Part shown: piece by piece, positions 35,963 to 46,566 of the stretch
Layout: every line of letters begins with the position of its first letter
How positions within the stretch are numbered: position 1 is the first letter of the stretch
Assembly (NCBI GenBank): GCA_049840735.1
Contig: JASGJN010000026.1
Coordinates: forward strand, 384,001 to 448,000
Length of the DNA: 64,000 nucleotides
DNA from: Anaeromyxobacter sp.
GTDB taxonomy: Bacteria; Myxococcota; Myxococcia; Myxococcales; Anaeromyxobacteraceae
Reading direction: 5' to 3'
Notes under the pieces: model-generated
Seen by the model: only the letters and a program-made list of their open reading frames with translations
Database searches by the model: none
Told to the model about the DNA's origin: nothing
Position numbers and translations under genes: made by a program

Positions 35963-37221
35963 ATGACCGCCCTCCGGATCCCGGCCCTCGCCGCCCTCCT
36001 CCTGGCCGCGCCGCTCGCCGTCGCCGCCGACCCGGCCGTCGGCCTGGCCGGCTGCCCCGCGTCCCCGCCCGCCAACCCCACCTACGTCCTCACCGCCACC
36101 GACGGCTACATCCAGCTGCCGGACGGCAACACCATGTACATGTGGGGCTACGCGCCGGCCGGGGGCGGCTTCCAGCACCCCGGCCCGGTGCTCTGCGCCA
36201 GCGCCGGCGACACGGTGACGGTGGTGCTGCGCAACGACCTCGCCCAGGCCGTGTCGGTGGTCTTCCCCGGGCAGGAGGGCGTGACCGCCGACGGCGCCCC
36301 GGTGCAGCCGCAGTTCACGGACGGTGCGCTCACCTCGCTGGCCCAGGCGGCGCCGCCCGGCGGCGGGACCGTCACCTACCGCTTCGTGGCCGGCCGCCCC
36401 GGGACCTTCGCGTACCACAGCGGCACCGACCCGGCCACGCAGGTGCGGATGGGGCTGTTCGGCGCGCTGGTGGTGCGGCCGGCCGGCGTCCCGCTCCAGG
36501 CCAGCGGCCGGGCCGACAGCGCCTTCACGGAGGGGGAAGAGTTCCTGGTGCTCCTCTCCGGAGATCGACCCGCTGCAGCACCAGGCCCTGGAGAGCGGGC
36601 TCCCCTACGACGCCAGCGCCTACCAGGCGCGCTACTGGCTGCTCAACGGGCGCGGCTTCCCCGACACCGTGGCCGACAACTTCGCGCCCTGGCTGCCCAC
36701 GCAGCCCTACGGCGCGCTGGCCCGGGTCCACCCCCTCGATCCGGTCGCCCACCCGCGCCCCGGCCTCATCCGCTACCTGAACCTGGGCGCGGAGAACTAC
36801 CCGTACCACCCGCACGGCAACAACGGCCTGGTGATCGCGCGCGACGGCTTCCCGCTCGGAGGGGCCGGGCGGCGAGGACCTCTCCATGGAGAAGTTCTCG
36901 GTGAACGTGGCGCCCGGCCAGACCTGGGACGTCCTCTTCAGCTGGCACGACGCCGAGGCCTACTCCGAGGCCAACCCGGTGCCGGTGACCGTGCCCAGCT
37001 ACGCCAACCTGCAGCTGGGCATGTTCTACGGCGGCTCGCCGTACCTGGGCCTGACCGGCCCGCTGGGGCCGGGCAAGTCCACGCTCAACCAGTGCGGCGA
37101 GCTCTACGTCATCTCGCACAACCACGCCCTCGACCGGCTCACCGGCTGGGGCGGCGTGACCATGGTCGGGCCCATCACCTACCTGCGGGTGGACCCCCCG
37201 CTGCCGAACACCTGCCCGTAG
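35963..37221 (+). CDS. Two-domain multicopper oxidase-like protein B (domain-2 His ligands only; frameshifts ~36561, ~36858)
   Basis: Sec signal; YMWGY..PGPVLCASAGDTVTVVLRN; GTFAYHSG..QVRMGL (no Cys); YPYHPHG; ISHNHA. Confidence 0.82.
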
Positions 37222-37236
37222 CGCCCGGAGACGGCC

Positions 37237-40158
37237 ATGACGCGAACCCTCCCGCGATCGCTCCCGACCTGTCTATTCCTGCTGGCCCTCGCTCCGGCGG
37301 CGGGGCGGGCCGACCCGCTCCCGCTGCAGGCCTGCGCCGAGCCGGTGGCCGGGCAGCCCACCTGCGCCCTCCACGCCGGCGCCGGCACCCTGGCGCTGCC
37401 GGACGGCTCGACCGTGCCGGTGTGGGGCTACGCCGCCGCGGAGGGCGGCGCCGTGACCTCGCCCGGCCCCGTCTACGTGGTGCGCCAGGGCGACCAGGTG
37501 ACCCTCACCCTCCACAACGACCTGGGGGTGGCCACCTCGCTCCGCCTCTCCGGCCTGTCCGGCGCCCCCGAGCTGCCGGCGGTGGCGCCCGGCGGCAGCG
37601 CGGACCTCTCCTTCGTGGCCGCGGCGCCGGGCACCTACCGCTACGAGGCCGGCGCCTCGCCGGGCACGCAGTACCAGGTGGCCATGGGGCTGCACGGCGT
37701 GCTGGTGGTGCGCCCGGCTGCGGACGGCACCGCCTACGGCGATCCCGCCAGCGCCTTCGACGACGAGGCGGTGGTGGTGCTCTCCGAGCTCGACCCGGCC
37801 CTGCAGGCCGCGGCGGAGCCGGCCGCCTTCGACCTGCGCAGGCTGGCGCCGACCTGGGGCCTGGTGAACGGCCGGCCCTACGCCGGCGCCGCCGCCTCCG
37901 ACCTGGTGGTGCCGGTCTCCGCGGGGCCGCGCCGGCTGCTCCTGCGCTACGCCAACGCCGGCAGCGCGCCGCGCGCCATGGCGCTGCTGGGCCTGCCGCA
38001 GGCGCTGCTGGCGGTGGACGCCGCGCGGCTGCCCTGGGCGCAGCGCGGGGTCTCGCAGGCGCTGGGCGCCGGCCAGACCGCCGACGCCGTGGTGGTGGTG
38101 CCGGGTGGCCTGGCGGAGGGGTCGCGCTACGCGCTCTACGACGCGAGCCTCTCGCTCCACAACCCCGGCCAGGCCGGGCTGGGCGGCATGATGACGTTCC
38201 TGCGGGTGGGCGCGCCCGGCGCGGGCGGCGGCGAGCTGCGCCCGACCACCGGCGGCGTGGCCGTCGCGCCGGCCGCCACCGCCGGCCTGTCGGTGACCGT
38301 CAGCGCCACCGTCTCGAGCCCCGGCGGCGACGTGCTGGCGGCCGAGGCCTTCCTGGACGCGCCCGGCGCGGACGGCGCCGGCGCCGCGCTGGCGGTCACC
38401 GCCGCGCCCTCCGTCACCGCCAGCGGCGCGCTGGACGTGGGCGCCGCCGCCTCGGGGGTCCACGCCGTCCACGTGCACGGGCGGAACGCGGCGGGCTGGG
38501 GGCCGTTCGCGGTCGGCACCGTGCGCATCGACCGGGCCGGCCCGCTCACCAGCGCGGTGGCGGCCAACCCCGCCGCCACGCGGGGCGCCGCCGCGGTGGT
38601 GGTCTCGGCCACCGGCGACGATCGCGCCACCGGCGGCTCGGCGGTGGTGGCGGCCGAGCTGACCATCGCCGACCCGGGCAACCCGGCGCCGCTGGCCATG
38701 GCCGCGGGGCAGGCGGGCGACGTGACCGGCTCACCGTGACGCTGCCGCCCGCGCTGCTGGCCTCCCTGGCCTCAGGCCCGCACCTGCTCTCGAATCCGCT
38801 CCCGCGACGCCCTCGGCAACTGGGGCGCGCCGGCGCTGGCCACCGCGCTGGTGGTGGACCGCGCCGGGCCGTCGGCGGTGGCCAGCGTGGCCCCGCCGGC
38901 CACCAACGGCACGCAGGGTGTTCTCCTCCGGCGTGGCCGCGCTGCGCCTCTCCGTCACCGCCACCGACGCCCTCTCGCGCGTCGCCGGCGCGGAGGGGTT
39001 CATCGACGCCGCCGGGGCCGAGGGCAGCGGCTTCCCGCTGCTGGCCGGCGACGGCAGGTTCGACGGCCTCACCGAGGCGCTCACCGCCGACGTGCCGCTC
39101 GCCACGGTGGTGCAGCTCCCCCAGGGCACGCACGCGCTGCTGGTCCGGGCGCGCGACGCCGCCGGCAACTGGGGGACGCCGGGCCTCCGTCTCCTTCCTC
39201 TACGAGAAGGGCCGGCCCACGGTGTCCGGCCTGGCCCTCGCGCCCAGCCCCACCGGCGGCGCGGCCAGCGTCACGGTGACGGCCACCGCCACCGAATCCG
39301 GCCCCGGCCTCCGGCGTCGCGGCCGCCGAGTGGTTCGAGGGGACCGACCCCGGCGCCGGGCGCGGCGTGGCCATGGCCGCCGCCGACGGCGCCTTCGACG
39401 GCGCCACCGAGGCGCTCACCGGCACCATCCCGGTGGCCGCCCGCGGCTGGAGCGCCGGCACGCGCACCATCTCGGTCCGCGCCCGCGACCGGGCCGGCAC
39501 CTGGAGCGCCCCGGTGGCCGCCACGCTGACCATCACCGTCCCCGGGCAGCTCTTCGCCGACGGCTTCGAGGCCGGGAACCTCTCGGCCTGGAACGGCGGG
39601 GCCACCGGCGCCGGCCTGGCGGTCGCCGCGCCGGCCAGGCTGGGCCCCACCGGCACCTACGGCCTGGCCCTCGCGGTGGGCAACACCCCGGCCTTCGTCA
39701 CCGACACCACGCCCACCGCCGAGCCGTCCTACCGGGCCCGGTTCTGGTTCCACCCGAACGGCACCGGCACCGGCGGCAACGCCTGGGATCTGTTCCAGGG
39801 CGCGAGCGGCGCGCAGGTGCCGCTGCGGGTCCAGTACCGGCGGCAGGGCGCGGCCACCTACCAGGTGCGCGCGCAGCTGCTGGCGGCAGGCGGCGCGGCC
39901 GTGGCCACGCCGTGGGTGACCATCAGCAACGCGCCCCACGCCGTGGAGGTGGCCTGGACCGCCGGCACGGGCGCCGGCCCCCGGCTGCAGCTGTTCCTGG
40001 ACGGGGCCCTGGCGCAGACGCTCTCCGGCCAGAACACCGGCGCCTACCGGATCGACACCGCCCGGCTCGGGCGCGTCGCCGGCCCGACGGGGGGCGCCGG
40101 CGGCACGCTCTACCTGGACCAGTTCGTCTCCTCGCGCGGCGCGGCCATCGGGCCATGA
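37237..40158 (+). CDS. Ligand-less multicopper oxidase-like protein C with C-terminal Ig-like repeats (~970 aa; five apparent frameshifts 38730-39295)
   Basis: VPVWGY..PGPVYVVRQGDQVTLTLHN, GTYRYEAG..QVAMGLHG, LVNGR, LLRYANAG. Then repeats of AAEAFLD..G..VRARDAAGNWG and a LFADGFEAG terminal domain. Confidence 0.75.
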
Positions 40159-40583
40159 GCGCGCGCCGGGACAGCCAGGGCGGGGCGGCGGGGCGGGCCG
40201 CGCTCGCGCTCGTGCTCGCCGCGGCCGGGCCGGCCGCGGCGGGCGGCGAGGGGCCGACGCTGCCGCCGGCCGCGCTCGAGGCCGGGCACGGCCTCCGGGT
40301 GGCGCGGGTGGCGCTGGTGGCGGCGGGCGGGATGGTCGACCTGCAGCTGCGGGTGCTCGACGCCGCCCGGGCCCGGGCGCTGCTGGGCCGCCACGCGCCG
40401 CTCCAGCTGGTGGTGGACCCGGGCGGCGCGGTCCTGGCGGCGCCCGGCCACGCGTCGCCGTGCAGCGCGGCCGCGGCCGGCTGCGCGGTCCTCTTCCCCA
40501 ACGCCGGCGGCGCCGTGCACCGCGGCGGCACCGTCACCTTGCTGGTGGGCGACCTGCGGGTCGGGCCCATCGTGGTCCAGTAG
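40155..40583 (+). CDS. Small exported hypothetical protein
   Basis: ATGA overlap with the upstream stop; signal-like N-terminus; RVALVAAGGMVDLQLRVLD...LFPNAGGAVHRGGTVTL. Confidence 0.65.
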   Translation: MSARRDSQGGAAGRAALALVLAAAGPAAAGGEGPTLPPAALEAGHGLRVARVALVAAGGMVDLQLRVLDAARARALLGRHAPLQLVVDPGGAVLAAPGHASPCSAAAAGCAVLFPNAGGAVHRGGTVTLLVGDLRVGPIVVQ

Positions 40584-40596
40584 GCCGGAGGACGCC

Positions 40597-42469
40597 ATGG
40601 CCCCTGCAGCGCTGCTGGTCGCACTCGATCGTCAACGCGCCGCCGGCGCTCGCGCCGGAGCTGGAGCAGGGGCTGCGGGCGCTGCCGGCGGGGGGCACGC
40701 TCGCGGTGGTGGTGCGGCTGGCGGGAGGGACCGGCCCCGCGCCGGGCGCGCTGCGGCCCGGGCCGCTGGCCGGCGCGCTGCGCGCCCGCGCGGCCGCGGC
40801 CGGCCGGGCGCTGGAGCCGGCGCTGCAGGGCTGGCGGGCGCGGGGCCTGGTGGCCCGCTGGACGCCGCTCTGGATCGTGAACGGCTACTCGGTCACCGGC
40901 ACGCCCGAGGTGATCCGGGCGCTGGCCGCGCGGCCCGACGTGGCCGCGGTCTCGCCCGACGCGCTCGACCTCTCGCCCCAGGGCGCGCCGGCCGAGCCCA
41001 ACGTGGCGGCGGTGGGCGCCCCGGCGCTCTGGGCGGCCGGCTTCACCGGCCAGGGCGTGACGGTGGCCATCCTCGACACCGGCGTGGACGTGAGCCACCC
41101 CGACCTGGCGGCGCGGTGGCGCGGCGGCCCCGGCGGCTGGCTCGACCCCTACGGCCAGCACGCGTCGGCCCATGACGCCAGCGGCCACGGCACCTGGACC
41201 GCCGGCGTGCTGGTGGGCGGCGAGGCGGGCGGCACCGCGCTGGGCGTGGCCCCCGGCGCCCGCTTCATCGCCGCCAAGGTCTTCCCGGACGCCGGCCCGG
41301 CCACCGCCACCGCCGTCCACGCCGCCTTCCAGTGGGTGCTGGACCCGGACGGCGACCCGGCCACCGAGGACGCGCCGCGGGTGGTGAACGGCTCGTGGTC
41401 CTTCGGCGCGCCCGGCTGCAACCTGGAGTTCCTGGAGGACCTGCGCGCGCTGCGGGCCGCCGGCATCCTCCCGGTCTTCGCCGCCGGCAACTACGGGCCC
41501 GGCGACGCCACAAGCACCTCCCCGGGCAACTACCCCGAGGCCCTGGCGGTCGGCGCGCTGGACGGCGGCGGCCGCCCCCTCGACCTCAGCAGCCGCGGCC
41601 CCTCCGCCTGCGGCGGCGGCCCGTTCCCGGCGCTGGCCGCGCCCGGGCTCGACGTCTGGACCACCGACCTCATGGCCTGGTACCTGCCGGCCAGCGGCAC
41701 CTCGATCGCGGCGCCGCACGTGAGCGGCGTGGCGGCGTTGCTGGCCTCCGCGGTCCCGGGCGCCTCCGCCGACCAGCTGGCGGCGGCGCTGCAGGCGGGC
41801 GCGCTGGACCTGGGCGCGCCGGGGCCGGACCCGGCCACCGGCCGCGGGCAGGTGGACGCGGCGGGCGCGCTCCAGGCCCTGCTGGCCCCGCCCGCGCCCC
41901 AGCCCCCGGTCGCCTCCGCCGACGCGTACACGCTCGACGCCGGCACCTCGGCCACCTTCACCGCGCCGGGCGTGCTGGCCAACGACGCCTCGCCCAGCGG
42001 CGCGCCGCTCTCGGCCGAGCTGGCGGCGCCGCCCGCCCACGGGCAGCTGGCGCTGCGCGCCGACGGCGGCTTCGACTACACGCCCGACGCCGGGTTCTCC
42101 GGGGCGGACGGGTTCGGCTACCGCCCGCGCGCCGCAGGGCTGGCCGGCGCCGTGGCGGCCGTGGCGCTGACGGTGCGCCCGCCCAACCAGGCCCCGGTGG
42201 CGCGCGCCGACGCGGCCCGCACCGCCCCCTCCACGCCGGTGGCGGTGCCGGTGCTGGACAACGACGCCGATCCCGACGGGGCGCTGGCGCCGGCCACGCT
42301 CGCGGGGGTCGCGCGGCCGCAGCACGGGCGCGTGTCCTACGCCGGCGGGCGCGCCACCTACACCCCGAGCTTCGGCTTCCGCGGCCGTGACACGTTCACC
42401 TACCGCGTGCAGGACGACCGCGGCGCCTGGTCCAACGCGGCCCGGGTGACCGTGGACATCAAGAGGTGA
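40597..42469 (+). CDS. S8 subtilisin-like serine peptidase with two C-terminal Ig-like (Big_9/cadherin-like) domains (frameshift ~40628)
   Basis: Triad ILDTGVD, GHGTWTAG, SGTSIAAPHV; FAAGN; GVLAND..DGGFDYTP; NQAPVARAD..VLDNDADPDG; SD GGAGGA before ATG 40597. Confidence 0.9.
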
Positions 42470-42473
42470 CCTG

Positions 42474-43310
42474 ATGCGCTGCCTGGCCCGCCCCGCTCCC
42501 TCCCTCGCCGCCCTCGCGCTCGGCGCCGGAGCCCTCCTGGCCGGCTGCGGCGGCGACGCGCCCCCCGGCGCCGCGCCGCGCCCGTCGCGCGCGCCGCTCC
42601 AGCCGGAGCAGGCGCTGCGGGTCGAGGTGGCGCTGGGGGCGGGGCCCGACCGCCACCCGCTGCCGGACGTGGAGGTCAGCTTCATCCCCGAGGCGCTCAT
42701 GGTGGCTCACCTGGAGCGGCGGCAGGCGGAGGTGGCGGGGCGGCTGGAGCGGCTCCGGGCGGAGACGGAGCGGCTCCACGGCGCGCTGGCGCGGCAGCAG
42801 GCGGTCAACGAGCAGGCCAGCCAGGCCTATGCCCGCCAGTCGGGCGACTACCTGCGCGACCGGACCGCGCTCAACCTGTCCCGCGGGCACTCCGCCTCCG
42901 ACGTGACGGCCGCGCGCGCCTCCCTGTCGCGCGATCGCCGCACCGCCCGGCTCACCGCCGAGGCGGTGGCGCGCGACACGCTGGCGGCGGAGCGGCGGCT
43001 GCACGCGGTCCGGGCCGAGCTGGAGCGGGTCCAGACCGAGACGCTGCTGGCCGGCCTGCCGCAGCCCATGAAGCTGGCGCGGACCGGGCCGGACGGCCGG
43101 GCGGAGCTCACGCTGCCGCCGGGCCGCTACGCGGCGGTGGGGCTGGCTCCGGCCGGCGCCGGCGCGCCGGCGGGGCCGTGGCTGGGATGGGTCGAGGTGC
43201 AGGCGCGCCCCGGCCTGCTGGTGCTGGACGACGCCAGCGCGAGGGCGCTGGAGCCGGGCCTGGCGCGCCAGGCCGCGGGTGAGGCTTCCACCGGAGGAGT
43301 GCAACCATGA
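42474..43310 (+). CDS. Lipoprotein, hypothetical, with coiled-coil insertion
   Basis: Lipobox LLAGC; helical heptad-rich middle; ARTGPDGRAELTLPPGRY (prealbumin-like fold motif). Confidence 0.65.
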   Translation: MRCLARPAPSLAALALGAGALLAGCGGDAPPGAAPRPSRAPLQPEQALRVEVALGAGPDRHPLPDVEVSFIPEALMVAHLERRQAEVAGRLERLRAETERLHGALARQQAVNEQASQAYARQSGDYLRDRTALNLSRGHSASDVTAARASLSRDRRTARLTAEAVARDTLAAERRLHAVRAELERVQTETLLAGLPQPMKLARTGPDGRAELTLPPGRYAAVGLAPAGAGAPAGPWLGWVEVQARPGLLVLDDASARALEPGLARQAAGEASTGGVQP

Positions 43311-43918
43311 TCGCGATCCGTCCTGCCCTGCTGACCGCGCTGGCGCTGGCCGCCGGCGCCACCGCCGCCGAGGCCCCATGCCCGTGCCACGCCGGCAAGC
43401 CGGCGGCGGCGCCCGCGCGCGCGGCCGTCACCCGCACCGCGCACGCCTACGCGCCGCCGGACGTGACCCTAATCGACCAGGACGGCCGCCCGGTGGCGGT
43501 GGCCGAGGCCCTGGCGCAGGGCGGACCGCTGGTGGTCAACTTCATCTTCACCACCTGCACCACCATCTGCCCGGTCATGAGCGCCTCCTTCGCCGGCCTG
43601 CAGCGCCAGCTGGGCGCGGCGGGGGAGGGGCTGCGGATGGTGTCGATCACCATCGACCCCGCCCACGACCGGCCCGCCGAGCTCGAGGCCTACGCGCGCC
43701 GGCACGGGGCCGGGCCGGGCTGGACGTTCCTCACCGGCCGCGAGGAGGACGTGCGGGCGGTGGCGAGCGCCTTCGACGCCTGGGTGGCGGACAAGGCCGA
43801 GCACCGGGCCTTCACGCTGCTCCGGCCCGCCGGGAGCGCCACCTGGGTCCGGGTGGAGGGGCTGGCCGGCGCGGCCGCGCTGGCCGAGGCGCTGCAGCCG
43901 CTCCAGGCCGGGCGGTGA
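43307..43918 (+). CDS. SCO1/SenC-family copper chaperone
   Basis: LIDQDGRPV, NFIFTTCTTICP (CxxxC), SITIDPAHD, WTFLTG, conserved His in AEHRA. Confidence 0.93.
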   Translation: MIAIRPALLTALALAAGATAAEAPCPCHAGKPAAAPARAAVTRTAHAYAPPDVTLIDQDGRPVAVAEALAQGGPLVVNFIFTTCTTICPVMSASFAGLQRQLGAAGEGLRMVSITIDPAHDRPAELEAYARRHGAGPGWTFLTGREEDVRAVASAFDAWVADKAEHRAFTLLRPAGSATWVRVEGLAGAAALAEALQPLQAGR

Positions 43919-45483
43919 CCGTGGGCGCGCTGGCGGCCCTGCTGGCGGCGGCGCTGGCCGCGGCGCCGGCCGGGGACGCCGCGGCCGGCGAGCGGCTCTA
44001 CCGCGACGGGCGGCTGGCGGGCGGGGCGCCGGTGCAGGCCGTGGTGCTCGACGGGCTGCCCATCAGCGGCGCGCAGGTGAGCTGCGCGGCCTGCCACGGG
44101 CGGAGCGGGATGGGCGCGGACGAGGGGGGGGTGGTCACGCCCTCCATCACCGCAGCGACCCTGGCCGCGCCGCGCGGCGGCGAGCGGCCGCGGCCGGCCT
44201 ACGACCGGGCCGCGCTGGCGCGGGCCATCCGCGAGGGCGTGGACGCCGCCGGCCGGCCGCTTGATCCGCTCATGCCGCGCTTCCGCCTGGAGGGGCGGGA
44301 GCTGGAGGCGCTGCTCGATCACCTGGGCGGCCTCTCGGCGCGCCCCTCGCCCGGCGCCGGCGAGGCGCTGCACCTGGCCACCGTGATCGCGCCCGACGCG
44401 CCGCCGGAGGTGAGGGACGCCACGCTCGCGGTGCTGCGCGCCTACGTGGCGGCCCACAACGCGGCCGCGCGCGTGGAGCGGCTGCACCACCGCCGCGTGC
44501 AGCGCCCCACGCTGGGGGACGAGGAGCCGGCCAGCGACTGGGTGCTCCACGAGTGGACGCTGCGCGGCGCGCCCTCGTCCTGGGGCGCGCAGCTCGCGGC
44601 CCAGCAGCGGGCGCAGCCTGCCTTCGCGGTGGTCAGCGGTGCGGGCGGGGCGCGCTGGGAGCCGGTGGACCGGTTCTGCGAGGCGCAGCGGCTCCCCTGC
44701 CTGTGGCCGAACCTGGTCACGCCGCCCGAGGCGGAGGGCTTCTACGCGCGCTACTTCTCGCGCGGCCTGCGGCTGGAGGCGGACACCGTGGCCGCCGACC
44801 TGGCGCGGCGCGGCGGCGGGCAGCGGGTGCTGCAGGTGCTGCGGCGCGGCGGGCCGGGGGCGGCCGGCGCGGCGGCGCTCTCGGCGGCGCTGCGGCGCCA
44901 GGGCGTGCCCGCGGAGGCGCTGGCGCTCGGGCCGGCGGAGGCGGTGGACGCCGGGCGCCTGGAGGCCGCCGCGCGACGGTCCGGCGCGACGGCGGTGATG
45001 CTCTGGCTGCGCCGCGAGGAGCTCGCCCTGCTGGCCGGCGCGCCGCAGCGGCTGGACCGGGTCTACGCCTCGTCGGCGCTGCTCGACGGCGACCTGTCCG
45101 CGGCCGCCGCGCTCCCCGCCCGCCGCGTGGCGGTGGCGCACGCGTGGGCGCTGCCGGAGGACGCCGCCGCGCGCGAGGCCGCCTCGGAGGGCTGGTTCCG
45201 GGCCGCCGGGCTGGGGCCCGCCGGCGGCGCTGCGCGGCGCGCGCGCGACCAGTCCTTCGCGGCCATGCGGCTGCTGGGGCAGGCGCTGATGCACCTGGAG
45301 GAGTCCGGCGCCTTCCAGCGGGACTTCCTGCTGGAGGTGCTCGATCACGGCGCCGGGCCCTGGGATGCCTCGGCGCAGCACCCGCGGCTCACGTTCGGCC
45401 CGGGCCAGCGGTACCTCTCGACGGGCTGCTACCTGGTGCCGGTCGGGGAGGAGGCCGGGGCGCCGGCGTGGATCGTGCCCTGA
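43915..45483 (+). CDS. Cytochrome c fused to periplasmic-binding-protein-like domain
   Basis: Signal peptide; GERLYRDG; CAACHG; LMPRF axial Met; FAVVSG..FCEAQRLPCLWP; RLTFGPGQRY. Confidence 0.8.
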   Translation: MTVGALAALLAAALAAAPAGDAAAGERLYRDGRLAGGAPVQAVVLDGLPISGAQVSCAACHGRSGMGADEGGVVTPSITAATLAAPRGGERPRPAYDRAALARAIREGVDAAGRPLDPLMPRFRLEGRELEALLDHLGGLSARPSPGAGEALHLATVIAPDAPPEVRDATLAVLRAYVAAHNAAARVERLHHRRVQRPTLGDEEPASDWVLHEWTLRGAPSSWGAQLAAQQRAQPAFAVVSGAGGARWEPVDRFCEAQRLPCLWPNLVTPPEAEGFYARYFSRGLRLEADTVAADLARRGGGQRVLQVLRRGGPGAAGAAALSAALRRQGVPAEALALGPAEAVDAGRLEAAARRSGATAVMLWLRREELALLAGAPQRLDRVYASSALLDGDLSAAAALPARRVAVAHAWALPEDAAAREAASEGWFRAAGLGPAGGAARRARDQSFAAMRLLGQALMHLEESGAFQRDFLLEVLDHGAGPWDASAQHPRLTFGPGQRYLSTGCYLVPVGEEAGAPAWIVP

Positions 45484-45887
45484 GGAGCGGTCGGGGGGCT
45501 GCGCCCGCCGCCCCGCCGCTGGCTCCGGTGGAGGCTCGGCCGGCTGGCCCGTACCCGAGGTGCGGGAGGTCCCGGGCCCATCGACCCTTGGCGGCACCCC
45601 ACGGATCGAGATCGTTAGCGCCGATCGCCCCGCGGATCCAGCCCCCTGGCGTCGATCTGCGCTGATCGACCAGGCCGGCGCCAGGCGGCTGACGGACGCC
45701 CCCGAAAAGCGAAGGCGTCGTGGGCAGGTGGGATCGATCGCGGCGGCGGCCGGGCTATGATGACCCAGCAATGTTGCCAGCCACGGCAACATCGGTGTCG
45801 GCCGCGGAACCGGCGGGGCTCATGAGCCGCCGGGACGCGGCCGATGCATTTTCAGCCCGTCCGCAGCAGCACCAAGGAGGCGGTTCC

Positions 45888-46446
45888 ATGCAGGTGAACA
45901 TCACCTTCCGTCATCTCGAATCCCACCGAGGCCCTCAAGGCGCACGTCCGCGAGCGCGTGGCGCACGTCCAGCGCTACATCGATCGGCCGTCCGAGGCGC
46001 ACGCGGTCCTGCACGTCGAGAACCTGCACCACCACGCCGAGATCACCATGAAGGCCGGCCGGTTCCTGCTGCGCGGGACGGCGCGGACGGAGGACATGTA
46101 CGCCTCGATCGACCAGGCCGCGGACAAGATCGAGCGGCAGCTCAAGAAGCACAAGGAGAAGCTCCACAACCACAAGGCCAACGGCGTGGCGGTGGCCGAG
46201 GGCGAGCCGGTGGACGTCCGCCACGACATCCTCGACATCCTGGACAACCCGGACCGCCCCAGCCACCGCGTGGTGAAGAGCGAGCAGCTCAAGGCCAAGC
46301 CCATGTCGGTGGACGAGGCGCTCCTGCAGCTGGAGCTCCTGGATGAGCGGTTCCTGGTGTTCCAGAACGCGAACGACCGCGCCATCAACGTCGTCTACCG
46401 GCGCGAGGACGGGAACTTCGGGTTGATCGAGGCGCGCACCGCCTGA
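45888..46446 (+). CDS. hpf: Ribosome hibernation promoting factor, long form (frameshift ~45919)
   Basis: MQVNITFRHL|DPTEALKAHV, DMYASIDQAADKIERQLKKHKEK, KPMSVDEALLQL, NVVYRREDGNFGLIE. Confidence 0.93.
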
Positions 46447-46566
46447 GCTCCCCGCGCGTCCCCGCCCGTCGAAGGGCGGGCGGGGGCGCGCGCGTCTCCG
46501 CGGGGACGGCCGGCTCGTCTTGCGTTCTTGCCCCGGCGTTGCCAACTGTGTTAACGCCGGTTCGCC

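Noticed and set aside
45771..45792. Palindrome ATGTTGCC-N6-GGCAACAT upstream of hpf
   Set aside because: A real inverted repeat, but a single instance with no assignable regulator, so it was not called as a feature.
26680..45887. Prophage, ICE or transposon call for the inserted block
   Set aside because: No integrase, transposase, phage gene, tRNA target or flanking direct repeat could be seen.
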